A DNA stretch of 64,000 bases from Patescibacteria group bacterium UBA5147 (GTDB lineage: Bacteria > Patescibacteriota > Saccharimonadia > UBA4664). This document shows positions 37,310 to 46,124 of this stretch, in pieces. Location of the stretch: positions 332,517-396,516 of the forward strand of contig DHXV01000001.1 of assembly GCA_002415345.1 (NCBI GenBank). Reading direction: 5' to 3'. Numbering within the stretch: position 1 is the stretch's first letter; every line of letters starts with the position of its first letter. Under the pieces are notes generated by a model. That model searched no databases. It worked only from the letters and a program-made list of their open reading frames with translations, and was not told the DNA's origin. Made by a program: the position numbers and the translations under genes.

Positions 37310-37649
37310 CTCAGGCTGCTTCGGTTCCCAGGAACACAACCGGGCGGGCGACGAGAGTCGCCTGCCCACCCGCATCTACAATCCATCAAGGCATACGTTG
37401 TCTCTCTTCTGAAGTGCTCACGCGAACATTTCAATAGGGGACTTAGCTAAAATTACAATTGACACGGCATGGCCGTGCCTGTATTTTTGGCATAAGTACT
37501 AAGTACGCTCTTTGAAATTCACAGTTCAATCGTGGAAAGAAAAGGGCAACCCCAATCGGGCGACGACTCTATTCCTAGCGTAATGCTATGGATGGACGCG
37601 TCGGTTTTTTATTTCAATCTACCTCACGGAAATAGAAACGGAGAACGTC

Positions 37650-37814
37650 ATGCCACAGCAACGGATTCAAATTTCCAAACGCATTCGCCGCCGCGGCGGG
37701 GGAGATGACACGCCAATTGATGGCATCAACACAGGTGAGGCGGAGCGGGCGAGGCAAACATCCTCCAACGCAGCCAGAGCCATTGCCGAAATCAATCGGC
37801 TGATCGGGCGGTGA
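37650..37814 (+). CDS. Small basic ORF (54 aa: MPQQRIQISKRIRRRGGGDDTPIDGINTGEAERARQTSSNAARAIAEINRLIGR).
   Basis: GGAGA RBS 7 nt upstream. Below the track cutoff. Confidence 0.35.
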   Translation: MPQQRIQISKRIRRRGGGDDTPIDGINTGEAERARQTSSNAARAIAEINRLIGR

Positions 37815-37864
37815 TTCGCCACAAGTAGGGCCTGTCTTGAACCGATTCTAGAAGGGAACGAGCC

Positions 37865-38074
37865 ATGACAACCGCACTTGCACTCCATCCCACCCTCAAA
37901 GCCACCGACCGCTGCGATCGCTGCGGCGCTCAGGCTTACGTCCGAGTTGATCTCAAGACTGGCGGAGGGCTCCTCTTTTGTGCTCACCATGCACGAGAGC
38001 ACCTCCCTAAGCTGCATGCTCTCGCCGCGAACGTCGTCGACGAGACCGGCAGACTTCGAGAAACATCCCCTTAG
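37865..38074 (+). CDS. Small zinc-ribbon-like protein (69 aa; DRCDRCGAQAYVRV...LLFCAHHAREH).
   Basis: C-x2-C...C-x-HH ligand pattern. The motif resembles a small conserved protein family that I associate with Actinobacteria (from memory, unverified). Confidence 0.5.
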   Translation: MTTALALHPTLKATDRCDRCGAQAYVRVDLKTGGGLLFCAHHAREHLPKLHALAANVVDETGRLRETSP

Positions 38075-38229
38075 ACCCTCTGGCGAGTGGCTAGCCGCCT
38101 GCCGCACATTCCAACTACCCAGTGGCCGCCTGAGACTTTCAGGCGGCCACTCATATTACCTACCCCCGGAATTTCGGTTTCGGGGGCCTCTTTATGCCAT
38201 AATGGGAACATTGCCATAGGAGACAACTG

Positions 38230-39261
38230 ATGCTCGACCAACCTGATATGATTGCCCGCTATGATAAAAGTGATGCGCTGGGGGTAATAACCGGTCTCCC
38301 AGGTCAGCTTGGCCATGATTTCCCCGTACCTGAGGGGCTTGCCGAAATGCCCGGGGTTACCAGTATCGTGCTAACCGGCATGGGTGGATCTGCCCAAGGT
38401 GCGGAATTTATCAAGACTTGGCTCGCCGACCGTCTCACTGTGCCGTTCATAGTTGTGCGTGATTACGCTTTGCCGGCGTTCGTCGGACCCGACGCGCTGG
38501 TGATTGCATCCAGTTATTCCGGGAACACCGAAGAAACCTTGGCCGCCATTAGTGATGCGAGTGCCAAAAAGGCCCGAATAGTCGTGATAACGGCCGGCGG
38601 AGCGCTGCTTGAGACCGCCAAAACAATGAAGTACCCGCATTTTGTGCTCCCGGGCGGCCTCCAGCCCCGTTTTGCGGTCCTCTACGCTGTCCGTGCAATT
38701 ACTACGGTGATTGAGTCGATCGGACTGGCGGAAGGCATTCTGGATGAGCTTGAGGCTTCTGGCGAGTGGCTGAGCGGGCAACTGAGTTCCTGGGGGCCCG
38801 GCGTCCCTTCCACCGACAACCATGCGAAACAAGTAGCGCAGGCTCTGGTCGGACACGTGGCGGTGGTTTACGCCGGACCAACGCTTGGTTTTGCGGCCAT
38901 GAAATGGAAAATCGCCTTCAATGAAAACGCCAAGAACATCGCCTTTTATAATTACTTTCCCGAAATGAACCACAACGAGTTCATCGGCTGGCAATTCCCG
39001 CAATCTAGCGGCCTCAAGGTAATTGAGCTGCGCAGCGATCTGGACAATGCCCAGATTACCAAACGCTTTGATATCACCAACCGCCTTCTCTCGGCATCAT
39101 TTTCTCCGATCGAGGTTCACGCCTCCGGCGACACTAAGCTCCGACAGCTGGTGTGGACCATCGGCTTGGGCGAATACGTTGCCACTTACCTGGCTTTCCT
39201 GAACGGCACCGATCCTACACCGGTAGGACTGGTTGAGAAGCTGAAGGCCGAACTGGCCTAG
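38230..39261 (+). CDS. Bifunctional phosphoglucose/phosphomannose isomerase (SIS-domain, archaeal-type PGI/PMI).
   Basis: SIS motifs (IVLTGMGGSAQGA, SYSGNTEETL) and a size of about 340 aa. Confidence 0.75.
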   Translation: MLDQPDMIARYDKSDALGVITGLPGQLGHDFPVPEGLAEMPGVTSIVLTGMGGSAQGAEFIKTWLADRLTVPFIVVRDYALPAFVGPDALVIASSYSGNTEETLAAISDASAKKARIVVITAGGALLETAKTMKYPHFVLPGGLQPRFAVLYAVRAITTVIESIGLAEGILDELEASGEWLSGQLSSWGPGVPSTDNHAKQVAQALVGHVAVVYAGPTLGFAAMKWKIAFNENAKNIAFYNYFPEMNHNEFIGWQFPQSSGLKVIELRSDLDNAQITKRFDITNRLLSASFSPIEVHASGDTKLRQLVWTIGLGEYVATYLAFLNGTDPTPVGLVEKLKAELA

Positions 39262-39272
39262 CCGAACTAATC

Positions 39273-39303
39273 AAAAAGACCCCCGTTGCAGGGGGTCTTT
39301 TTG
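39273..39303. terminator. Bidirectional terminator (AAAAAGACCCCCGTTGCAGGGGGTCTTTTT) between pgi and the convergent ABC operon.
   Basis: Perfect stem flanked by A-run and T-run. Confidence 0.85.
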
Positions 39304-39315
39304 ATTGTGAGGTGC

Positions 39316-40527
39316 TTATTCTGCCTTAAGTGCCTGGATCGGCCGTTTGCGAGCCGCCTTGATGGCAGGGGCAATGCCAAAGACGATTCCCACGCCAGCC
39401 GATACTCCGACGGCAATCAGGATGGAGTTCAGGGTGAACGCGGGCGTGATACCGGCCAGCTTCCCGGCTCCGGTAGCCATGCCTACGGCGGCAACGATTC
39501 CCAGCGCGCCGCCGATAATGCTGATAACCACCGCCTCAATGAGGAACTGGCTGAGTACGGTGGAGCTTGAGGCTCCCAGCGCTTTGCGGAGTCCGATTTC
39601 GCGGGTCCGCTCCGTTACGTTTACCAGCATGATGTTCATGATGCCTATACCGCCGACCAGCAGCGAAATTGAAGCGATGGCGGCGATGAAGGTAGTGAGC
39701 AGGTTCAGGATGGTATTGAAGGTGGCGAGGAGGTCAGCCTGGGTTTGGACATTGAAGTCGCTCTGGCCGCCGTGGTTCTTCTTGACGGCGCCTTTGATCT
39801 GGCCGACGGTCGGGTCAACATTGGTCGCGGAATCGACTTTGGCGTAGATGCGCAAGATGGAGGGGTCGGTGCCGGTGAGGGCCTTGGCGGTTCCTTTGGA
39901 CAGGTAGGAGATGGCGTCCTGCGAAGCGCCGATGGTGCCGCCGGTGTCTTTTTTCTTAACTACGCCGATGACCGTCAGCGGCGTGCCGCGGAAAGTGACG
40001 GCCCGACCGACGGCCTCGCTGGTCCCGAACAAATCGGTCTTAGTTTTGTCTCCGAGGACGATGACCTTGGCGTTCAGATCGGCATCGGCCAGGAAGCGGC
40101 CATCCGCTAAGGGCTGGTCAATAATTTTGGCGAATTCCGGGGTGGTTGAGACGATTAGGGAATCGCTGGAAATTGCCGTGCCATGGGCCAGGATTCCTGA
40201 CAGGAGGCTAATGGAGCTGGCGCCGGAAATGTGTTTAAGCTTACCGATAGTGGCGACGTCGGCGGCGGTAAGCGTTGAGGTGCCCAGGGCGGCTGCAAAG
40301 TTGGCCCCACCTTTGCCCGACGTTTGGGCCTGGCCGGAAGTTATGGTCAGGACGTTGGAGCCGAGGCCGGAAACCTGTTTGGTAATTGAATCCTTAACGC
40401 CCTGGCCGATGGCGGTGATGGCTACCACCGACGCTACGCCGATGATGATGCCGAGCATCGTCAGGAACGAGCGCACCTTGGAGTTACGCAGGCTCGAGAA
40501 CGCCATCTTGATATTTTCCCACATCAT
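39316..40527 (-). CDS. ABC transporter permease, MacB/FtsX-like (N-terminal TM, extracytoplasmic MacB-type domain, C-terminal FtsX 3-TM).
   Basis: 403 aa with architecture typical of MacB/FtsX-family permeases. Overlaps the ATPase gene by 4 nt. Confidence 0.75.
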   Translation of the reverse strand: MMWENIKMAFSSLRNSKVRSFLTMLGIIIGVASVVAITAIGQGVKDSITKQVSGLGSNVLTITSGQAQTSGKGGANFAAALGTSTLTAADVATIGKLKHISGASSISLLSGILAHGTAISSDSLIVSTTPEFAKIIDQPLADGRFLADADLNAKVIVLGDKTKTDLFGTSEAVGRAVTFRGTPLTVIGVVKKKDTGGTIGASQDAISYLSKGTAKALTGTDPSILRIYAKVDSATNVDPTVGQIKGAVKKNHGGQSDFNVQTQADLLATFNTILNLLTTFIAAIASISLLVGGIGIMNIMLVNVTERTREIGLRKALGASSSTVLSQFLIEAVVISIIGGALGIVAAVGMATGAGKLAGITPAFTLNSILIAVGVSAGVGIVFGIAPAIKAARKRPIQALKAE

Positions 40528-41237
40528 TTAACGGCACCTCCAGCGGCGGTTATTTTATGGGACTCGTCGCTGACGATGCCGCCGTCGCGCACGGTTATGG
40601 TCCGGTCGGTTTGGTTGGCGATTTCCGGGTTGTGGGTGACGATGACGATGGTCGTGCCTTGTTCCCGGTTGAGGCGGCGCAGTTCGTCGATGATGGCGCC
40701 GGAGCTTTTGGTATCCAGATTGCCGGTGGGCTCGTCGGCCAGCAGGAGGCTGGGGTTGTTGGCGAGGGCCCGGGCGATGGCGACGCGCTGCGTCTGACCG
40801 CCGGAGATCTGGTTGGGCCGGTAGCCCGCGCGGTCCTTGAGGCCGACCAGTTCGAGCAGTTCCAGGGCGCGTTCACGGCGGTTCTTGCGGCGCTGCCCGG
40901 AGTAGATCATCGGCAGTTCAACGTTTTGGAGGACGTTGAGTCGTGGCAGCAGGTTGAAACTCTGGAAGACAAAGCCGATTTTGTCACGGCGCAGGGCGGC
41001 CAGGACGTGATCCTTGTAGCTTCCGACTGGCTGGCCGTCCAGCAGGTACTCGCCGGACGTGGGAGTATCAAGCAGGCCCAGCAGGTTCATCAGGGTTGAC
41101 TTGCCCGAACCGGACGGCCCGATAATGGCGACGAATTCACCGGCGGTGATGGTGAAATTAATGTTTTCCAGAGCGACGGTCGGTTCGGCCCGGTCGGTAA
41201 AGGTTTTGCCAATTTGGCGTAGTTCAATAACGTTCAT
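40524..41237 (-). CDS. ABC transporter ATP-binding protein (MacB/LolD/FtsE-like); true start at Met32 (MNVIELRQIGKTF).
   Basis: Walker A GPSGSGKST, Q-loop, signature LSGGQTQRVAIARAL, Walker B LLLADEPTGNLD. Confidence 0.9.
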   Translation of the reverse strand: MNVIELRQIGKTFTDRAEPTVALENINFTITAGEFVAIIGPSGSGKSTLMNLLGLLDTPTSGEYLLDGQPVGSYKDHVLAALRRDKIGFVFQSFNLLPRLNVLQNVELPMIYSGQRRKNRRERALELLELVGLKDRAGYRPNQISGGQTQRVAIARALANNPSLLLADEPTGNLDTKSSGAIIDELRRLNREQGTTIVIVTHNPEIANQTDRTITVRDGGIVSDESHKITAAGGAVK

Positions 41238-41253
41238 GCTTAGATTGTAGCAG

Positions 41254-41610
41254 TTAGCGCCGTGCGTTGCGATTGAACAGGAGGCGATGCAGCCCAAGGT
41301 TTGCCTGGTTGATCTGCTCACTGCAGGCAAGTTCCAATACGCTCGTACCTGCGATAGTTAAGTCGAATATTTTGCGTTGGAAGGGTGAGGCGGTACCTGG
41401 TTTGATATCGCATTCCTGGACATATCCGTATTCTCTCAGTCGGTTTAACGTCTTGTAGACGGAGGATGCCTGTATATGACTGTAGCCGGTGTCTATATTG
41501 ATTTGCACGGCAATCCCATATCCGTGCATGGGGGTTTTACATAGGGCTATTAAAGTGAGGGTGTCTAGTTGTGTCAGTGTAGGCGCATCGTCCGGGGAGA
41601 GTTGTTTCAT
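41254..41610 (-). CDS. padR: PadR-family transcriptional regulator, first gene of the padR-ABC operon.
   Basis: Winged-helix pattern LTLIALCKTPMHGYGIAVQI...YSHIQASSVYKTLNRLREYGYV. 118 aa. Confidence 0.75.
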   Translation of the reverse strand: MKQLSPDDAPTLTQLDTLTLIALCKTPMHGYGIAVQINIDTGYSHIQASSVYKTLNRLREYGYVQECDIKPGTASPFQRKIFDLTIAGTSVLELACSEQINQANLGLHRLLFNRNARR

Positions 41611-41618
41611 ATGCTAAT

Positions 41619-41671
41619 TATAGTCCAGTGGACTATAAAAAAGCCACAATGTTATAGTCCAGTGGACTATA
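41619..41671. promoter_or_regulatory. 53-bp double-palindrome operator module, copy B (TATAGTCCAGTGGACTATA-AAAAAGCCACAATGT-TATAGTCCAGTGGACTATA), starting 9 nt upstream of the padR ATG; embeds TGGACT-N18-TATAGT promoter-like hexamers.
   Basis: Two perfect 19-bp palindromes with a 15-bp spacer. Likely autoregulatory PadR operators. Confidence 0.65.
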
Positions 41672-41757
41672 ATCGGATAAATGAGTTCCGCAAAGAAGGG
41701 AGAAAAAGGGGGACATTAATCAACCGCCAGCCCAATCGATAAAATGCCCAAGAAACC

Positions 41758-42330
41758 TTATAAGGAAGCACTTAAAGGGTACCGGAAACACGAAACAAGA
41801 TGATCGTTCACCAGCCCCGCCGATTGCATATGGGCATAAACGATAGTGGGCCCCACAAACCCAAACCCCCGTTTCTTTAAATCGGCGCTGATGACTTCGG
41901 CCAAAGGTGTTGTGGCCGGCACATCACTGTCGTGCTCAAAATGATTCAATATCGGCGTATTGTCGGCGAACCCCCATTGATATCGGTCAAAGCTCCCAAA
42001 CTCCTGCTGCACAGCCAAAAAACCGCGGGCGTTGTTAATAGAAGACCTGATTTTAGCCCGGTTGCGGATGATTCCGGAATTACCCATCAAACGTTCGAAG
42101 TCCGTTTCGTCAAAATTGGCTACGATTGCCGGGTCAAACCCACGGTAGGCCTCACGGTAAGCCTCCCGCTTGCGCAGGACGGTAAGCCAGCTCAAGCCTG
42201 CCTGGGCGCCCTCTAGGACGAGTAGCTCAAACAGCTCGCGGTCATCATGCGTTGGGACGCCCCATTCCTCATCGTGGTAGCGGATGTAGAGCGGGTCGTC
42301 GCCGGGCCAGGGGCAGCGGGTGATATCCAT
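41758..42330 (-). CDS. tag: DNA-3-methyladenine glycosylase I.
   Basis: CPWPGDDPLYIRYHDEEWGVP...ELFELLVLEGAQAGLSW. Confidence 0.9.
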   Translation of the reverse strand: MDITRCPWPGDDPLYIRYHDEEWGVPTHDDRELFELLVLEGAQAGLSWLTVLRKREAYREAYRGFDPAIVANFDETDFERLMGNSGIIRNRAKIRSSINNARGFLAVQQEFGSFDRYQWGFADNTPILNHFEHDSDVPATTPLAEVISADLKKRGFGFVGPTIVYAHMQSAGLVNDHLVSCFRYPLSASL

Positions 42331-42434
42331 GGGCTAATTATATCAACCTGATGGCTCAATGAGTAATTGAGAACTCGGGTTGGTGCCCAACCTTCCGCAA
42401 TGAGGGAAGGTTGGGCTGAGCAGGTGTTGCTCGG

Positions 42435-42770
42435 CTAAGTGGGCAAGCGGTAGTTGGTCTGGCCGACTTGAAGGTCGGCTTCGAGCCGCGCTTCCGCAAG
42501 CTTTCTTCGGGCTTCCGGATCATCATCACCGATGACGGCGACTTCCCTGTCCGGATCTGCGAGCAATTCCGCGCCGCCGTTGAGGACGCTCCGCCGAAGA
42601 ATGACATGGGTGTTGCCCTCGTCATCGACGAACTCCGATCGGCGCCACTTGGAGCGCCGTAGCCGGCGGTTAAGCACCATAGAGTCGATCCGCTTTGTCA
42701 GCAAGAGGAACGTCAGGATGATCGCCCCAGCCATGCAGGCAAAAACGAACAGACCTACGACTTCCTTCAT
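42435..42770 (-). CDS. Small membrane protein (N-terminal TM, charged C-terminal domain); possible SPFH partner.
   Basis: 111-aa ORF immediately downstream of the SPFH-like gene. Confidence 0.4.
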   Translation of the reverse strand: MKEVVGLFVFACMAGAIILTFLLLTKRIDSMVLNRRLRRSKWRRSEFVDDEGNTHVILRRSVLNGGAELLADPDREVAVIGDDDPEARRKLAEARLEADLQVGQTNYRLPT

Positions 42771-42778
42771 GTCTCACC

Positions 42779-43789
42779 TCACTTTGCGGTTATGCCGAAG
42801 CCGGCTCCAGGTGCGAACGTAGTGACACTCGGCGGGATTGCCTTCAGCGTGTCGATGGTGACACAGGCAGGGCAGTTCTTGTAGCCTCTCTGACGTTCGG
42901 CGTTGGCATCGGCGTCTGCCTTTGCTTGCTGAACCTTTGCCAGTGATCCAGCAACGGCCGCGAACTCGCCCTGGGCATCGTTGATTTTATTCTGCACTGT
43001 GGCGGGCAGGGTAATCTTGGCCAGATTGAACCGAACATCGGTGATGAACGGACCGCCCAAGGTGGCATTGAAATCATCTTTGAGGGATGTGTTCACACCG
43101 TCCTGTATCTTGGCAATGTTGAAATTGCTTTTTCCAGCTGTAGCTACATTTGCATCGGCTTTTTTGCCAGATTGGATGAGCGCACAAGAGGCCTGGAGCT
43201 CGGCGCAGGGTATACTACCGATCTGTTGACGAAGATCGTTGCTGATGACCGGTCGTAAGATTTGATCGAGGAACGCGGAGAAACCGGCCTCGTCTTCCCA
43301 AGCGTACTTATACTCCACCGTCGCGTCTGCGCCAGTCGTCATCTTGTAGGTACGTGTTCCGTACTTATTGTCAAACTGCTTGAGGGCAGTATTGTCTCGA
43401 GTGAGCGTGAAATAGACTGTCGCTTCGATGCCTACTTCAACCCCATCAGATGTCGGGATTAGCTCAACATCGACTCCGGTCTTGTCGCCGGCTTTGGGGT
43501 CAGCGGTAATGGTGTAGAAACGCTGTTGGGCGGGGTACTTGTGAATCGAGGACCACCACCCTGTCCAGGTGAGACTGGAGGCGGGCTGTATGACCTGGCG
43601 GATGTTGTTGTTGTCGAATGGGCCGCCGTTACGTACGACGGCTATCTGTCCGCCATCCGTCTTGTCGAATTGCATCCAGGCAGCAATGCCGCCGATGACA
43701 CCGAAGACGAGGAGGGCGATGACCGCCATTCCGACGATACTTGCTGTGCTAGAACTGCCTGGACGATCTGATTCGCCATAGCGAGGCAT
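42779..43789 (-). CDS. Membrane-anchored SPFH/band-7-like protein with a C-terminal coiled coil.
   Basis: N-terminal TM, then GQIAVVRNGG...VDVELIPTSDGVEVGIEATVYFTL and a helical tail with CPAC. Confidence 0.5.
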   Translation of the reverse strand: MPRYGESDRPGSSSTASIVGMAVIALLVFGVIGGIAAWMQFDKTDGGQIAVVRNGGPFDNNNIRQVIQPASSLTWTGWWSSIHKYPAQQRFYTITADPKAGDKTGVDVELIPTSDGVEVGIEATVYFTLTRDNTALKQFDNKYGTRTYKMTTGADATVEYKYAWEDEAGFSAFLDQILRPVISNDLRQQIGSIPCAELQASCALIQSGKKADANVATAGKSNFNIAKIQDGVNTSLKDDFNATLGGPFITDVRFNLAKITLPATVQNKINDAQGEFAAVAGSLAKVQQAKADADANAERQRGYKNCPACVTIDTLKAIPPSVTTFAPGAGFGITAK

Positions 43790-44132
43790 GATCTACCTTT
43801 CTGTCAAAGAGCTTGGCGAAGAAGTCGCCTGCTTAGCAGTAGGATGCTAGCCCGAAGATATGGCTGTGTTAACAGTTACCCCCTCGTGATTGCCGTAAGC
43901 AAATACGAGATAATAACAAAACATAATTTTGACACATTGGTACTTTCCAGTCAACACTGGCGGATTCATGTCTAAACATCTTGAGAAGCACTTCGGTTTG
44001 AACACAAAACTCCCGTTTTGGGCCGGAGTTAGGTTATACCGGGCGCCGAAACGGGAGAGGGTTCGATACCATAGCTTGCTTTAGATGTTATAACACTATA
44101 GGGCATTACTTTAAAGCTGTCAAGAGGATATT

Positions 44133-44162
44133 TTGAACTAACCGGCACCAATAACGTATAAT
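44133..44162 (+). promoter_or_regulatory. Promoter TTGAAC-N18-TATAAT for tRNA-Ser(GGA).
   Basis: Hexamers end about 17 nt upstream of the tRNA 5' end. Confidence 0.55.
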
Positions 44163-44179
44163 GACCAAGTTCCGGTTAC

Positions 44180-44267
44180 GGAGGGGTCGCCTAGTGGCCT
44201 ATGGCGCTCGCTTGGAAAGCGGGTTGGGTGCAAGCCCTCGAGAGTTCGAATCTCTCTCCCTCCGCCA
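44180..44267 (+). tRNA. tRNA-Ser (anticodon GGA), long variable arm.
   Basis: GGAGGGGTCGCCTAGTGG...TTGGAAA...GTTCGAATCTCTCTCCCTCCGCCA. Confidence 0.8.
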
Positions 44268-44270
44268 AAA

Positions 44271-44304
44271 GAAACACCCCACCGCCGTGGGGTGTTTCTT
44301 GTTA
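44271..44304 (+). terminator. Terminator (GAAACACCCCACCGCCGTGGGGTGTTTCTTGTT).
   Basis: 10-bp stem plus a T-rich tail. Confidence 0.7.
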
Positions 44305-44363
44305 TGCTGTAGCATCGGACGCCATCGAGATATAATTAGATCTGATAATGGGGCAGCTTACCA

Positions 44364-44774
44364 ATGAGCGAAGAGATGAAATCCAAGCCCGAAGAATTTT
44401 GGAAAACAAAACTGACGCCGGAGCAGTACCGAGTTCTCCGGGAAAAGGGGACCGATATGCCGTTCATGGGTGAATACGTCAGCAATCATGAAGAGGGTGT
44501 TTACGAATGCGCCGCCTGCGGCCAAGAGCTGTTCCGCTCCAGCGAGAAATTCGACAGCGGTTCCGGTTGGCCGAGCTTTTATGACGTGGCGGCCGCCGGG
44601 CACGTCGATCTCCGCGAGGACAATTCCATGGGTATGCGGCGCACCGAAGTGACCTGCTCCAATTGCGGCGGGCATCTAGGACACTTGTTCCCGGATGGCC
44701 CCATCGACAAGGGCGGACAGCGTTACTGCGTCAACTCAGTGGCTTTAAAATTTGATCCCAAAAAGGACAAATAA
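44364..44774 (+). CDS. msrB: Peptide-methionine (R)-S-oxide reductase MsrB.
   Basis: Two CxxC zinc motifs and the catalytic RYCVNSVAL. Confidence 0.9.
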   Translation: MSEEMKSKPEEFWKTKLTPEQYRVLREKGTDMPFMGEYVSNHEEGVYECAACGQELFRSSEKFDSGSGWPSFYDVAAAGHVDLREDNSMGMRRTEVTCSNCGGHLGHLFPDGPIDKGGQRYCVNSVALKFDPKKDK

Positions 44775-44777
44775 GAC

Positions 44778-45086
44778 GTGAATGTCGCCGAATACTGCCT
44801 GAGTAAAACTCATACCGAAGAAACCTATCCGTTCGGACCAAATGTTACGGTCTTCAAAGTCCGCGGCAAGATGTTCGCGTTGGCGCCGGCCGCCGACGAA
44901 CCGCCCACGCTGAGCCTTAAATGCGATCCCACGCGTGCCATCATACTGCGGCAGGACCATCCCGAAATTACCCCGGGATATCATTTGAATAAGCAGCATT
45001 GGAATACTCTTAGTTTGGTCGGAAACCTTCCGGACGGCCTTGTTCGTGAGCTTATCGACCATTCGTACGCTCTTGTCATCAGATAA
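44778..45086 (+). CDS. MmcQ/YjbR-family protein.
   Basis: KMFAL...LKCDP...ITPGYHLNKQHWNTLSL pattern typical of YjbR. Confidence 0.6.
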   Translation: MNVAEYCLSKTHTEETYPFGPNVTVFKVRGKMFALAPAADEPPTLSLKCDPTRAIILRQDHPEITPGYHLNKQHWNTLSLVGNLPDGLVRELIDHSYALVIR

Positions 45087-45109
45087 TTTCTATCTGTTAC
45101 GATAGGTTC

Positions 45110-45661
45110 ATGAGAAAACCTTTAGAACTTCCCGGTATCAATCCATCGGCCCTCCTGGTGGAGGCAGTGAAGCATTCTAGCGGCGGAACGGCACTTCACT
45201 TGGGAGCTTCAAGTGGCCGAAACAGCCTGTATCTGGCAGCCAATGGCTTTAAAGTAACGGCCGTCGACTCAAATTTGAGCAACATGGAAGTATTGAGCTT
45301 TGCCGCCCACCATGCCGGCCTGGACGTCGCAGTCCTGCAGGCAGACACCTCCGAATTCAAGCCGGAAACTACCTATGATCTGGTGCTGGGTTCGGCGATG
45401 GTTCACCTGTTTGATCGTGAGACGATTGCCGAAACCATCCGCATGATGCAGAGCATTACCAAACCGGGCGGCCTCAACGTCCTGCTGATATCAGCAGAAA
45501 ACGACGATTCCGGCGAGCGCCCCAAGCTGTTTGGGAGCGGCATTTTGCCGGGGTACTACAAAGAATGGGAGCTGATAGCCGAAGAAGAGCAGCTGGCCGC
45601 GCCCTTTGATTTGGACGCCCGCCATGTTCATCGCGCGGGACTCATCGCCAAACGTCCCTAA
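45110..45661 (+). CDS. Class I SAM-dependent methyltransferase.
   Basis: Motif I ALHLGASSGRNSLYLAANGFKVTAVD and post-I acidic loop. Confidence 0.7.
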   Translation: MRKPLELPGINPSALLVEAVKHSSGGTALHLGASSGRNSLYLAANGFKVTAVDSNLSNMEVLSFAAHHAGLDVAVLQADTSEFKPETTYDLVLGSAMVHLFDRETIAETIRMMQSITKPGGLNVLLISAENDDSGERPKLFGSGILPGYYKEWELIAEEEQLAAPFDLDARHVHRAGLIAKRP

Positions 45662-45704
45662 TTAGACGATTCATTAGATACACGCAGGCGATGAAAATGA
45701 TACG

Positions 45705-46121
45705 ATGGTGGGCATGGCAGGATACTCTGATAAAACTTTGCGCGATAAATTGGGCCTTAAAGTGGGGCAGCGCAGTGCAATCGTTCGGTTACCCGAATCG
45801 GTGCGCGATGACCTGGGCGATGTAGCCGATCTCAACACGCTTACCCGCGTGGTCGGCGTGCCGTTTGATTTCATCATCATGTTCATTACCAGCCGTGAGC
45901 AGTTGGAGGCGGTCTTGCCGAATTTGGTACGGCACCTTCACTCGGGCGGCATGCTGTGGCTCGCCTGGACCAAACGCACTTCACCCATTAATCATGGCCT
46001 AAGCGAAAATCTGATCCGGGAATTCGGGCTCAAGGCCGGTCTTGTCGACGTCAGGGTCGCTAGTCTCACTTCCGATTGGTCGGGGCTTAAGTTTGTCCAC
46101 CCAGTAAATAACCGAAAGTAG
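45705..46121 (+). CDS. Hypothetical protein (138 aa).
   Basis: ORF only. Confidence 0.45.
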   Translation: MVGMAGYSDKTLRDKLGLKVGQRSAIVRLPESVRDDLGDVADLNTLTRVVGVPFDFIIMFITSREQLEAVLPNLVRHLHSGGMLWLAWTKRTSPINHGLSENLIREFGLKAGLVDVRVASLTSDWSGLKFVHPVNNRK

Positions 46122-46124
46122 CCC

